Shown here piece after piece: positions 8,379-16,671 of a stretch of DNA of 43,550 nt (the stretch's first letter is position 1; every line of letters starts with the position of its first letter). The position numbers were made by a program, and so were the translations under genes. Origin of the DNA: Deferribacterales bacterium (lineage in GTDB: Bacteria > Chrysiogenota > Deferribacteres > Deferribacterales > Geovibrionaceae); contig JBFWJG010000015.1 of assembly GCA_050253335.1 (NCBI GenBank), positions 1-43,550 of the forward strand, written 5' to 3'. The notes under the pieces were generated by a model. The model was given only the letters and a program-made list of their open reading frames with translations. It searched no databases and was not told the origin of the DNA.

Positions 8379-8900
8379 ATGATCGGGAAAAGACTCAGAC
8401 AATTGTTAGCCTCGCACAACATGACTCAGGCAGAACTATGCAGAAAAACAGGCATATCTCCGGGCAACATGTCCAATTTTATAAATGACCAGAGAAACCC
8501 CAGCCTCGAAACTCTTTCGCGGATCGCCGTGTTTTTTTCAGTTAATATTGATTCGTTCGTCTCGCAGGATGTTCCGCAGCGCACAGAGCCGAGACTTCTC
8601 TCCGATCTGGAGGAGGGAGAGGTGTTCTCTTCCGGCAGGCTGTGGGTAAAAATCGATACGGGCGCATTTTCGCCTGCATTCGGTGAAGGGACTCTCATTT
8701 TCATTGATAAAACAGCGGTAATCAGCAACAGAGACTGTATTCTGCTCTTCAGGGACAAAACACCGGAGATCTACAGGTTTTTGGAAAAAAGCAGGGGCGG
8801 GATACTGATTCCCTTCAAAAAGACAGAGATGCCGCTTGAAATAACCAAACAGAACAAACAGCGGCTTTACAAAATAACATTTTCCGCCGCGGTTCCCTAG
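8379..8900 (+). CDS. XRE-family HTH regulator with degenerate S24-like domain
   Basis: MIGKRLRQLL...MTQAELCRKTGIS...NPSLETLSRIA, paralogous to the N-terminus of 7472..8281. The ORF-track start at 8262 would cross a terminator, so 8379 is preferred. Confidence 0.85.
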   Translation: MIGKRLRQLLASHNMTQAELCRKTGISPGNMSNFINDQRNPSLETLSRIAVFFSVNIDSFVSQDVPQRTEPRLLSDLEEGEVFSSGRLWVKIDTGAFSPAFGEGTLIFIDKTAVISNRDCILLFRDKTPEIYRFLEKSRGGILIPFKKTEMPLEITKQNKQRLYKITFSAAVP

Positions 8901-9268
8901 ACCACTTCTGTCCCGCTCCCCATAAGAAAACCTGCGAGAAACTTGGTGAAGACTTTTCTGTCCCCTTCCTCAAAACTCACAAACTCCATCGCGGCAAATC
9001 TTGATATATCATTATTTCTTTCTGTGTCAGGTTCAATGCGCCAGACTTTTGCCTTTGCGGAAATGCCCTCTGAATCACCGGAACTCTGGAAGCTTATTTT
9101 AAGATCATAAAAGTCATAAATATTTATGACCTGATCGGTGCGTATTTTTATTCCGCCTATGCTTATGTCCTTAATCTCCGCCTCAATAAAAGCGGAGCCG
9201 CTGTCTTTTTTCAGACTCACCCTTACAGGGACATCCTCAAATCTGTGGAACCTTCTTCTTTCGATCAT
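8897..9268 (-). CDS. PilZ domain (c-di-GMP-binding) protein
   Basis: ERRRFHR (RxxxR) and DISIGG (DxSxxG) motifs. Confidence 0.85.
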   Translation of the reverse strand: MIERRRFHRFEDVPVRVSLKKDSGSAFIEAEIKDISIGGIKIRTDQVINIYDFYDLKISFQSSGDSEGISAKAKVWRIEPDTERNNDISRFAAMEFVSFEEGDRKVFTKFLAGFLMGSGTEVV

Positions 9269-9323
9269 ACCGCACCCGATAACTGTTCTGAAATGATACT
9301 GCCCAGCCGTCAGACCTTCAAGT

Positions 9324-9644
9324 CTATCTGAGTTCACAGCGGCAGCTTCCGCCGCCCGTGAGCCTTACTGCAAGCTTTTTACCGTCCGGCACAGAAAACC
9401 ATTCACAGCAGTTAATCTCATAGCTCCCTGTAATAAGCTGCGCGCTGAGGCTCAGCCCCCCCTGAGTGTTCTTCACACTCACGGACTGCCCCGGCTTAAC
9501 CAGCACATAATTTTCGCTTCTGCCCTGATTCTGCATACGAACGCCGAGCAGAAGCTCCGTTTTGTTCTCAAGCCCTATATCGGCAGACACCGCTGAGGAA
9601 ACAAACAGCAGGAATGCCGCACCTAAAATAATCTTAATCTTCAT
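9324..9644 (-). CDS. Small hypothetical exported protein
   Basis: Signal-peptide-like N-terminus MKIKIILGAAFLLFVSSAVSA; four Cys in the C-terminal part. Confidence 0.6.
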   Translation of the reverse strand: MKIKIILGAAFLLFVSSAVSADIGLENKTELLLGVRMQNQGRSENYVLVKPGQSVSVKNTQGGLSLSAQLITGSYEINCCEWFSVPDGKKLAVRLTGGGSCRCELR

Positions 9645-9714
9645 AATCACCCAGAATAACCCAAAATTAGCATGACGAAAGCTTATTTGGAAGAAAAAAT
9701 GTCCGTTCCCCTGC

Positions 9715-10830
9715 TTATTTCAAAGGTATGCCGAATCTTCTGGCCGCTTCATCAAAGTCAACATCCATCCCCGCCTCAGCCGCCTCTCTGACTGTTGCCC
9801 AGTCCGCATATTTTTTCTCTTCAAAAACAAATGACGGAACTCTGCATCCTCTGCCGAAATTGAGCTCCGCTATCCACTTAACAAGGGTTGAGTTCAATGT
9901 TCCCGCAAGGGAGGCCGCAGTTTTTGCGGCTTTGATGCCGAATGTTCTGGAATGCTCTCTGGCAAGGGCGTACGAGGCATTCGAGCCTGTATCGCTGGTG
10001 AGTATCTCTCCGGTCACCGCCTTTGATATTTCAGAATTGCAGACCTCCACAAGCCGGGCGAAATCATCCGAACTCCCCCTGCTTTCAAGCACCTGAACAT
10101 TCTCCACATTAGCCAGAGCCACAGCCGCGTCATTCTGGATTCCGCTGAGCGATTCCGCAAGAACCTGCGCCCTGCGCCTTGTTTCCTCCCCGCCTTCGGA
10201 ACGGAACATGGCAAGAACGGTGGGCACACCGAATTTTTCCGCCACAGTCAGCCAGAATCGGAACCCGGCCTTCTTAAACATCCACGGCCAGTAGCATCTG
10301 GAAAGAACCGGACTGCCGTATGGGTTTTCGTTTCTGGGCATATGCCTGTGAACTATGAATTTATACTGCTCCTCAAGTCTTATGTTCCTGCCTCCGTCCG
10401 CCAGAAAAAGCGAGCCTTCCGGATCGAACACAAATCTGGCAGGATTCCTGTTAAGAAGCCTTTCCGGAATCCATTTCCCCTTTTCCTTTCTCCAGACAGC
10501 CTCCGTAACGGAAAATCCGTACTCAACAGCGGAGAGCATTTCCTCCAGCTCACTTAAAAAATTGGGCAGAGACCTGAGGCAGCGTTTCACAAACCCTGCC
10601 GTGTCCGCCGCCTCTTTTGTGGAATCCGCCGGAACTATATCCCATTCACAGCCGAGCACCCCGTGCCTGAGCTGCTCGAATTTAGCCGAGATATGGGCGT
10701 CCGTCAGCATCTCGTCAAAAACAGACAGCCTGAGACCGTTTCTGGACAAAATAACATCCGGATTCGGCATAAAATTTAAAAACGCTGAGAAATCCGCAGC
10801 AGCGGAAACGGTTTTGGTAAGATTATTCAT
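9715..10830 (-). CDS. Phage portal protein, DUF935 / Mu gp29-like
   Basis: FDEMLTDAHI, YGFSVTEAVW, NPYGSPVLSRCYWPWMFK, EKFGVP, EISKAVTGEILTS and HSRTF motifs. GGGGGA RBS directly after terL. Confidence 0.88.
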   Translation of the reverse strand: MNNLTKTVSAAADFSAFLNFMPNPDVILSRNGLRLSVFDEMLTDAHISAKFEQLRHGVLGCEWDIVPADSTKEAADTAGFVKRCLRSLPNFLSELEEMLSAVEYGFSVTEAVWRKEKGKWIPERLLNRNPARFVFDPEGSLFLADGGRNIRLEEQYKFIVHRHMPRNENPYGSPVLSRCYWPWMFKKAGFRFWLTVAEKFGVPTVLAMFRSEGGEETRRRAQVLAESLSGIQNDAAVALANVENVQVLESRGSSDDFARLVEVCNSEISKAVTGEILTSDTGSNASYALAREHSRTFGIKAAKTAASLAGTLNSTLVKWIAELNFGRGCRVPSFVFEEKKYADWATVREAAEAGMDVDFDEAARRFGIPLK

Positions 10831-10839
10831 ATTTCCCCC

Positions 10840-12237
10840 TTAATATCCTCTGAATATTGAACCCGCACTTCTTGCTTTTCCTGAATAAACACCTTCGGGA
10901 AGAGCGGTTTTTCCACCTTCACTCAGTGCCTGAGTAAGAGCATCCACCATGTCGTCATGCCTGCCGAAAGGAAAAGCAGCGGCCTCCTCAACCAGATCCG
11001 CGGCAAAGGCCTTGCCCTCCGGCAGATACACATTTCCCGCCTCCAGAAGAGGCTGGACAGCATATGCTCTTGAAATTTTGGAACCCTTAGGCTCAACGGC
11101 TATCATCCCCTGAATCTCTTTCCTCAGCGCAGAAAGAACGGCGGAGCCGTTGGCCTTGTCCTCCACATATTTAGCCCCTGCCTGCGGCCAGAGAGCGCTC
11201 AGGCTCCTCACCGCGCGCAGGGTGGCTGAAAAGTCCATCCTTTCCCTCACCATATCCGCAAGATACCTGCATGAACCTTTCACAGCCCAGACCTGCCCCA
11301 CCACATAGTCAGACCCCTCGCCTCCCTTGAAGCTCATGTCCCATGACTGGAACCAGCAGTCGGGCTCAGAGGGCAGAACTTTGTAATAGCGCCACCATTC
11401 TCTTTTAAGCACAGTTCCGGAATCCGGCGCGGGCTCCTGCATATAAAGCGCGTTCCAGACTCTGGAACCCACGGACTGCTTTATTCTGGCCAGTTCTTCC
11501 GTTCCGTATCTGGCAGGCCAAAGAGGTTCGCCGCTTTTTCTGAAAGGCTCATCCTCCGCGGCGACAGCCGGAAGTCTGATTATTTTCCACTCATCCGGAT
11601 ACTCCGCAAGCAGCCTGCCCGCCAGATCATCCTCGTGCCACCTTGTCTGCACAAGGATAATCCTCCCCTTTTGCTCCAGTCTGGTGAACAGGGTGGAGCG
11701 GTACCAATCCCACAGCTTATCTCTGTACACCGCCGATGAAGCCTGTTCCGAGTTTTTCACAGGGTCGTCAATAATGATCAGGTGTCCGCCCTGTCCGGTT
11801 ATGGAGCCTCCGGCGCCCGCCGCCAGATAACGCCCGCCTTCCGCCAGTTCCCACCTTGCGGCGGAGCGTGCGCCCTGTTTAAGCCCTCTTCCGCCGAAAA
11901 CGCCGGTAAACAGCCTTGATGCGGTCTGTTCCCTGACTCTCCTGCTGAAGCTTTCCGCAAGCTCCGCACTGTATGAACATGCAATAACGTTCAGCTTAGG
12001 GTTGCGCCCCATAAACCATGCGGGAAAACGGACAGAGGCCAGCTCGCTTTTGCCGTGTCTGGGAGGCATCATAACCATAAGTCTGTCTGTTTCACCCTTT
12101 TCCAGAAGCTCAAGCTCACCGGCGAGAAGCCTGTGGTGCCAGCCGGGGGCAAAGTCTCTGCTGCTCAGCATACAGTAGGAAATAAGCGAATCTCTGGCCT
12201 TTCTGCATGCCTCCGCTCTGGGATCAGTCTTCATCAT
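10840..12237 (-). CDS. Phage terminase large subunit
   Basis: Walker A MPPRHGKS, Walker B IIIDDP, coupling motif QTRWHEDDL, nuclease motifs SWDMSFK, VEDKANG and HDDMVDA. 12264 is an alternative start. Confidence 0.93.
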   Translation of the reverse strand: MMKTDPRAEACRKARDSLISYCMLSSRDFAPGWHHRLLAGELELLEKGETDRLMVMMPPRHGKSELASVRFPAWFMGRNPKLNVIACSYSAELAESFSRRVREQTASRLFTGVFGGRGLKQGARSAARWELAEGGRYLAAGAGGSITGQGGHLIIIDDPVKNSEQASSAVYRDKLWDWYRSTLFTRLEQKGRIILVQTRWHEDDLAGRLLAEYPDEWKIIRLPAVAAEDEPFRKSGEPLWPARYGTEELARIKQSVGSRVWNALYMQEPAPDSGTVLKREWWRYYKVLPSEPDCWFQSWDMSFKGGEGSDYVVGQVWAVKGSCRYLADMVRERMDFSATLRAVRSLSALWPQAGAKYVEDKANGSAVLSALRKEIQGMIAVEPKGSKISRAYAVQPLLEAGNVYLPEGKAFAADLVEEAAAFPFGRHDDMVDALTQALSEGGKTALPEGVYSGKARSAGSIFRGY

Positions 12238-12631
12238 CTCCGAGAACCCTTGCCGCGTCCTCAAAGGTTATGTCGAACATGTCATCCAGCGCGTTATTGG
12301 TTCTGACCGCCCCCATAATCTCCTCCGGCTTGGTCAGCCCGACATCCCTGAATGTTTTCACAGCTTTTGAGTGCGTCTCCAGATCTTTCACATTTCCGCA
12401 CTCCTCAAGCATACTGTCCGCCTTTTCTATTCCCCTGAGAGCAACATTCTGCACCGCCTTGAGAATTTTAATCCGCTTTCTGCGGCCTTCCTCGAGGCTG
12501 TTCTCCCACTTTTCCCTCTTTGCTCTTTTTCTGATCTCGGCAGGACTGCATCCGAACATCTCAGCGAGACTGTCCGGATCTGTGCTGCCGTTTTCATATT
12601 CTTCTCTGATTTTTTCCCAGTCGAAACCCAT
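12224..12631 (-). CDS. Putative terminase small subunit
   Basis: N-terminal HTH DWEKIREEYENG...LAEMFG...IRKRAKREKW, typical of TerS. Overlaps the terL start; GGGGAG RBS. Confidence 0.7.
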   Translation of the reverse strand: MGFDWEKIREEYENGSTDPDSLAEMFGCSPAEIRKRAKREKWENSLEEGRRKRIKILKAVQNVALRGIEKADSMLEECGNVKDLETHSKAVKTFRDVGLTKPEEIMGAVRTNNALDDMFDITFEDAARVLGDDED

Positions 12632-12720
12632 CTCCCCACCGAAATAATCATTTTGCTTCAGGCGGAAATATAGCGCATAAATCGGGGGGAGTTGTTACTC
12701 TGTGTGACTGATAGGACCTG

Positions 12721-14547
12721 TCATGGAATGATAATTTTGAAAAGAGTGCCTTTTTCCGAAGGGACAGCTTCAAGTCGGCCTCCGAAGTTTTTCTCAATAA
12801 GCTTGCTGGAAATATAAAGCCCCATGGCCTTTTTGAGTCCGGGCACATTCAGGGGATCTTCAAGTGCGGATACACATGCGTCACGGAATTTTCCTGTGCT
12901 GTCTTCTATTTTAATAACGCAGGCTCCGTTCTCGTTTTCCGCGCGGAGGGTGATTGTCCCCACTCCGACACCGTTGGTTTCCACCAGCTCGCGGGAAACC
13001 ATGATAACGTTAAGCAGGATCTGCTTCAGCACGGAGGCTGAGCCCTTTATCTCCGTCTTTGAGGAATCGCTGAAGAAAACGAAGCCTATTCCGTCCTTCT
13101 CGTAATAGGTGGAAACAAAGGAATGCACCTCATCAAGCAGCGGCATTGCCTCGAAGCGCTCATCGGCTCCCTCATCCCTGGAGACAAAACCGAGAAATCT
13201 GTCCACAGACTCCTTCATGACGCCTATCTGCTCTCTGCATGTGCTTATGCATTCATCAAGGTATTTTTCGTCCTCTATGCCGGAGGATATCTCCTCCTTT
13301 ATGTTCTGCATGTTTATATGCACAAGGCTGAGGGGCTCACGCCAGTGGTGGGAGACGGAAGCCACCATCTCCCCTATGGAGTACAGCTTCATCTGCTGAA
13401 TCATAAATTCCTTCTGCTTCTCAAGCCTTTCCGCCTCATCCTCTGATCTCTTTTTCAGGTCTTCCTTGCAGTTTTCAAGACGTTCAAGCACGCTTTCCGT
13501 TTGTTCAAGGTGCCTGTTGTACTCATTCACAAGCTCTTTAAGCTCGGTCACATAAACACCGCGCTCACTGAGGCTTATCCTCTTTGATTCTCCGAAAAGG
13601 CGCATGGCCTCAGAATAAGGGATCTCGAACCTGCGGCGGAAAATTCCGAACACATAGTACATAAACAATGCGGAGAACAGGATCGTCATCAGCGCAAGCA
13701 TAAGCGAACCCTGCTTCATGCGATTGATCCCCTCGGGCTTCAGAACCGCCTTTATGCCGATTCGGCTCCATGGGAAAAGCTGTTCGGCCTCGCATATGAA
13801 CACGTTATACACAGCATAGCCTCTGAAAAAGGTGCCGTCCGAGGCACTCCGGAAAGCTTCAAGGTCCTCCTGAGTAAAAGCCTCCCCGTAAATAAGAAAA
13901 GACTCCGCGGCTGTTTCCCCCAGAGAGTAAATGCCTATACCGTCAAAAAGACTGCTGCCACCCTGAATTGTGCTCATTCTGGATGCTATTTCATCCGCAA
14001 ACGAATACTCGGTCATAACCGCCGCGTACTTTCCGTATTCCGGAATCCACTCAAAAAACATAATTTCCGATGAATTTTTTGCCTGAGAATATCTTATACG
14101 CATAATTCCGCCGGTGCCCTTTCTTGCTCCGTCAAAATCCTCCGCGGACGGTGCAAGCGTCCAGCTGTCTGCCGAACCTGCGCTTCTTCCGCTGAAAGCC
14201 TTGCGCCCCTCAGCGTCAAACACAATTATCCCGTATTCCCTTCCGGAAGAGGCCGCGAACTCCTCTGCCAGTGATTCGGCGCTTTTTCCGTCTGCCGGAA
14301 AGTTCTGAACAATATCCCTCATATGATGCCGGGAGATATCCGACACAGCGTCCAGCCTGATGCTGAATGTTTCCGCCGCCGATCTGACAGTTTCTTCCAG
14401 AAGCCCTGCAAGACTTTTATAGGTGTCCTCAGTTTTGGAGACTGCAAGCCTCACGCTGAGGTAATGATCTGCAAGCACGAGACATACAAGGAAAAAAAAC
14501 AGAAATACAAAACTGTGAACCAGAAGTTTTTTCAGCGGAATCTTCAT
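12721..14547 (-). CDS. Membrane sensor histidine kinase-like protein with degenerate ATP-binding domain
   Basis: Two TM segments and H-box SVSHHWREPL. The N, G1 and G2 boxes are altered (LLNVIMVS, EDSTGK, KKAMGLY). Confidence 0.75.
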   Translation of the reverse strand: MKIPLKKLLVHSFVFLFFFLVCLVLADHYLSVRLAVSKTEDTYKSLAGLLEETVRSAAETFSIRLDAVSDISRHHMRDIVQNFPADGKSAESLAEEFAASSGREYGIIVFDAEGRKAFSGRSAGSADSWTLAPSAEDFDGARKGTGGIMRIRYSQAKNSSEIMFFEWIPEYGKYAAVMTEYSFADEIASRMSTIQGGSSLFDGIGIYSLGETAAESFLIYGEAFTQEDLEAFRSASDGTFFRGYAVYNVFICEAEQLFPWSRIGIKAVLKPEGINRMKQGSLMLALMTILFSALFMYYVFGIFRRRFEIPYSEAMRLFGESKRISLSERGVYVTELKELVNEYNRHLEQTESVLERLENCKEDLKKRSEDEAERLEKQKEFMIQQMKLYSIGEMVASVSHHWREPLSLVHINMQNIKEEISSGIEDEKYLDECISTCREQIGVMKESVDRFLGFVSRDEGADERFEAMPLLDEVHSFVSTYYEKDGIGFVFFSDSSKTEIKGSASVLKQILLNVIMVSRELVETNGVGVGTITLRAENENGACVIKIEDSTGKFRDACVSALEDPLNVPGLKKAMGLYISSKLIEKNFGGRLEAVPSEKGTLFKIIIP

Positions 14548-16619
14548 TTCCCCGCTCCGTTGTCCAGCCCGCAGGCGGCAGTATCTTTGTTCAGGTATAT
14601 ATCGATACTGAGCCCTTCCCCTGAGCCTGATATATCCACCGTTCCCTTCATAACGGAGCTGAAAAGCTCAACAGCCATATAGAGATTGAAATGCTTCATA
14701 TTTTCCGCTGATTCAGGTGAATATGGATCGTCAACGGCTTTAAGCTCTTCCGCGCTCATTCCGCCGCTGTTGTCCTGTATGTTTATGCGGACAGAACCGC
14801 CTGTGTCGTAAAGATCCACAGTTATAACCGGAGTAAAGTCTTCCCCCGCCGAGGCTTTTTTCTCCTCAAGCAGCCTTTTGCTGTTGTGCAGAACGCTGAG
14901 AACGGCGAGTTTGAATTCCGCCGGATAACCGCATATGGTGAAGCCGAAACCGGCGCATTCCGGCACGCATTCCGGATAGCCCGCCCCGCAGCATCTGTCC
15001 ATATTTTTCAGCACATCCACCGAAACGGGCTGTTCATACCCCCGAAGACGGCAGGTGAACTTCAGCCTGATCCCCTCGGAAAGCATATGAGGCGCCACCA
15101 TGCGCATCGTGTCCTCAAGGGTCTGACGGAGATCGAAAAGCTTTCTCTCAAGGGACGGCCTGAAGAAATCCCTAAGACCCTCAATGGTGGATGACATGTA
15201 CAGAACCTGTTCCATGCATTCCGAGGCTATCTTCTCCATCCGGTCTCTGTTCTCTCCAAAGTCCGCAGTCATTGCTGATATATCATCCACATACTGCCCC
15301 AGAACCTTCAGGGGGAGCTGCCAGAGGTATGCCACGGAGTGGGTCATTTCCCCCATTGTGGCCAGCATCGACTGGCGTATTATCAGCTGTTCGTTGGCTT
15401 TTCTTCTGGATACTTCCGCCTTGACCCTTTCTTCGAGTTCTTCGTTGAACTTCTCTGCATAGGAAAGAAGCTCCTGCTGCCTTTCCAGATGGCCGTTATA
15501 AAGCTCTGCCAGAGCCGCCAGATCCTTCTCGCCGGAAAGGATGCTTTTCTCAGTTATTTTTTCCGTTTTCCTGACCCTGTCCACCATTATTCTGAAAGGT
15601 GTTACAAAGCCTGTGCTGAGCCTTCTGTAAAAAATTACCAGTGCAAAAACCACAACAGCGGCGGAAAAAAGCTTGATGAAAAAACTCAGCAGGCCGTAGC
15701 GGCGTTCGTCTGTCGTGTCAAAAATAATGCGGTAAACTATCCTGTGGTCAAGATCCTTCAGTTCCTCTGCGGAATCAGGAACACGGGCAGTAATATAATA
15801 GCTTTTGCTTGTTCCCGTGAGCAGGCTGCCGGAGGATTTTTCCAGCATTCCGCCGTGTTTTATGGTTTCAAGAACGGTTTCTGCGTCCGTGTCTTTCTCG
15901 GGTTCATCGGAACTGATATTAAATATAAGGTTCCGCCCTCCGTCACTGCTGCTGAAAACAAGGATCGCGTCAACCGATTTTATATATTCGGAAAGCGCCA
16001 CTATCTTCTCCAGCCTTTCACGCACAACCTTCAGATCGGCAAGGAAAAGCGCGGTCTGGAGATATATGTCTCTCTCTTTTATGTAGGACATTGTGTATGC
16101 GCGGAGAACCCTACCTGAGCGTTCATATACCGGATAATCCAGCAGAACCCCGCCCTTCTCCCTCGCCCTGCGCAGGGTTTCAGTCGCGTTCGGGAAGCCG
16201 CTTATGTCAAGCCCCAGCTCCGTGGGGTAGGTGGTATTGAAAATAACACCTTTGCCTGTGAGCAAAGCTATCTCTATCTCTGTGTTAAGTTCTTTTTCAT
16301 GCTCGGTTTTTTTGTCCATGAGAAATTCATATGAAGGAACCCCGTATTCGGCTATGAAGCTGTGGAGCTTCTGATGATCCTCAACCATATGCATGCGCAG
16401 ATGGGTATTGGCAGGGGACCGGAACTCCTTGTAATAGCCGATATTCTCATCGACCATCCGCACGGCCTCCGCTGTTATTCCCCGGACGCTGAGCTCAAAG
16501 TTCCTGTAGTTAAGAAAATAGTTAATAAGAATCAGGGATACGGCCGCAAACACGAGAATCAGACAATTGACCGTTAAAAGCCTGTGGAGGCTTACCCCTT
16601 TCTGTTCACCAGCAGACAT
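14544..16619 (-). CDS. Membrane sensor histidine kinase-like protein lacking the phospho-acceptor His (pseudokinase)
   Basis: Two TM segments. The H-box reads SVAYLWQLPL where paralogues have AHQWxQPL. DNSGG is present but there is no GxGxG box. Confidence 0.75.
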   Translation of the reverse strand: MSAGEQKGVSLHRLLTVNCLILVFAAVSLILINYFLNYRNFELSVRGITAEAVRMVDENIGYYKEFRSPANTHLRMHMVEDHQKLHSFIAEYGVPSYEFLMDKKTEHEKELNTEIEIALLTGKGVIFNTTYPTELGLDISGFPNATETLRRAREKGGVLLDYPVYERSGRVLRAYTMSYIKERDIYLQTALFLADLKVVRERLEKIVALSEYIKSVDAILVFSSSDGGRNLIFNISSDEPEKDTDAETVLETIKHGGMLEKSSGSLLTGTSKSYYITARVPDSAEELKDLDHRIVYRIIFDTTDERRYGLLSFFIKLFSAAVVVFALVIFYRRLSTGFVTPFRIMVDRVRKTEKITEKSILSGEKDLAALAELYNGHLERQQELLSYAEKFNEELEERVKAEVSRRKANEQLIIRQSMLATMGEMTHSVAYLWQLPLKVLGQYVDDISAMTADFGENRDRMEKIASECMEQVLYMSSTIEGLRDFFRPSLERKLFDLRQTLEDTMRMVAPHMLSEGIRLKFTCRLRGYEQPVSVDVLKNMDRCCGAGYPECVPECAGFGFTICGYPAEFKLAVLSVLHNSKRLLEEKKASAGEDFTPVITVDLYDTGGSVRINIQDNSGGMSAEELKAVDDPYSPESAENMKHFNLYMAVELFSSVMKGTVDISGSGEGLSIDIYLNKDTAACGLDNGAGK

Positions 16620-16671
16620 ATTTCTCCGAAAATAATAAATCTTATAAAAACGATAATAAATATTAGCAGAT

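Noticed and set aside
6326..12693. Complete prophage integrated at tRNA-Pro, with AAATCGGGGGGAGTTG (about 12678-12693) as an att copy
   Set aside because: There is no integrase or structural gene set, the match to the tRNA 3' end is weak, and it lies on the 5' side of the tRNA, which is the wrong geometry.
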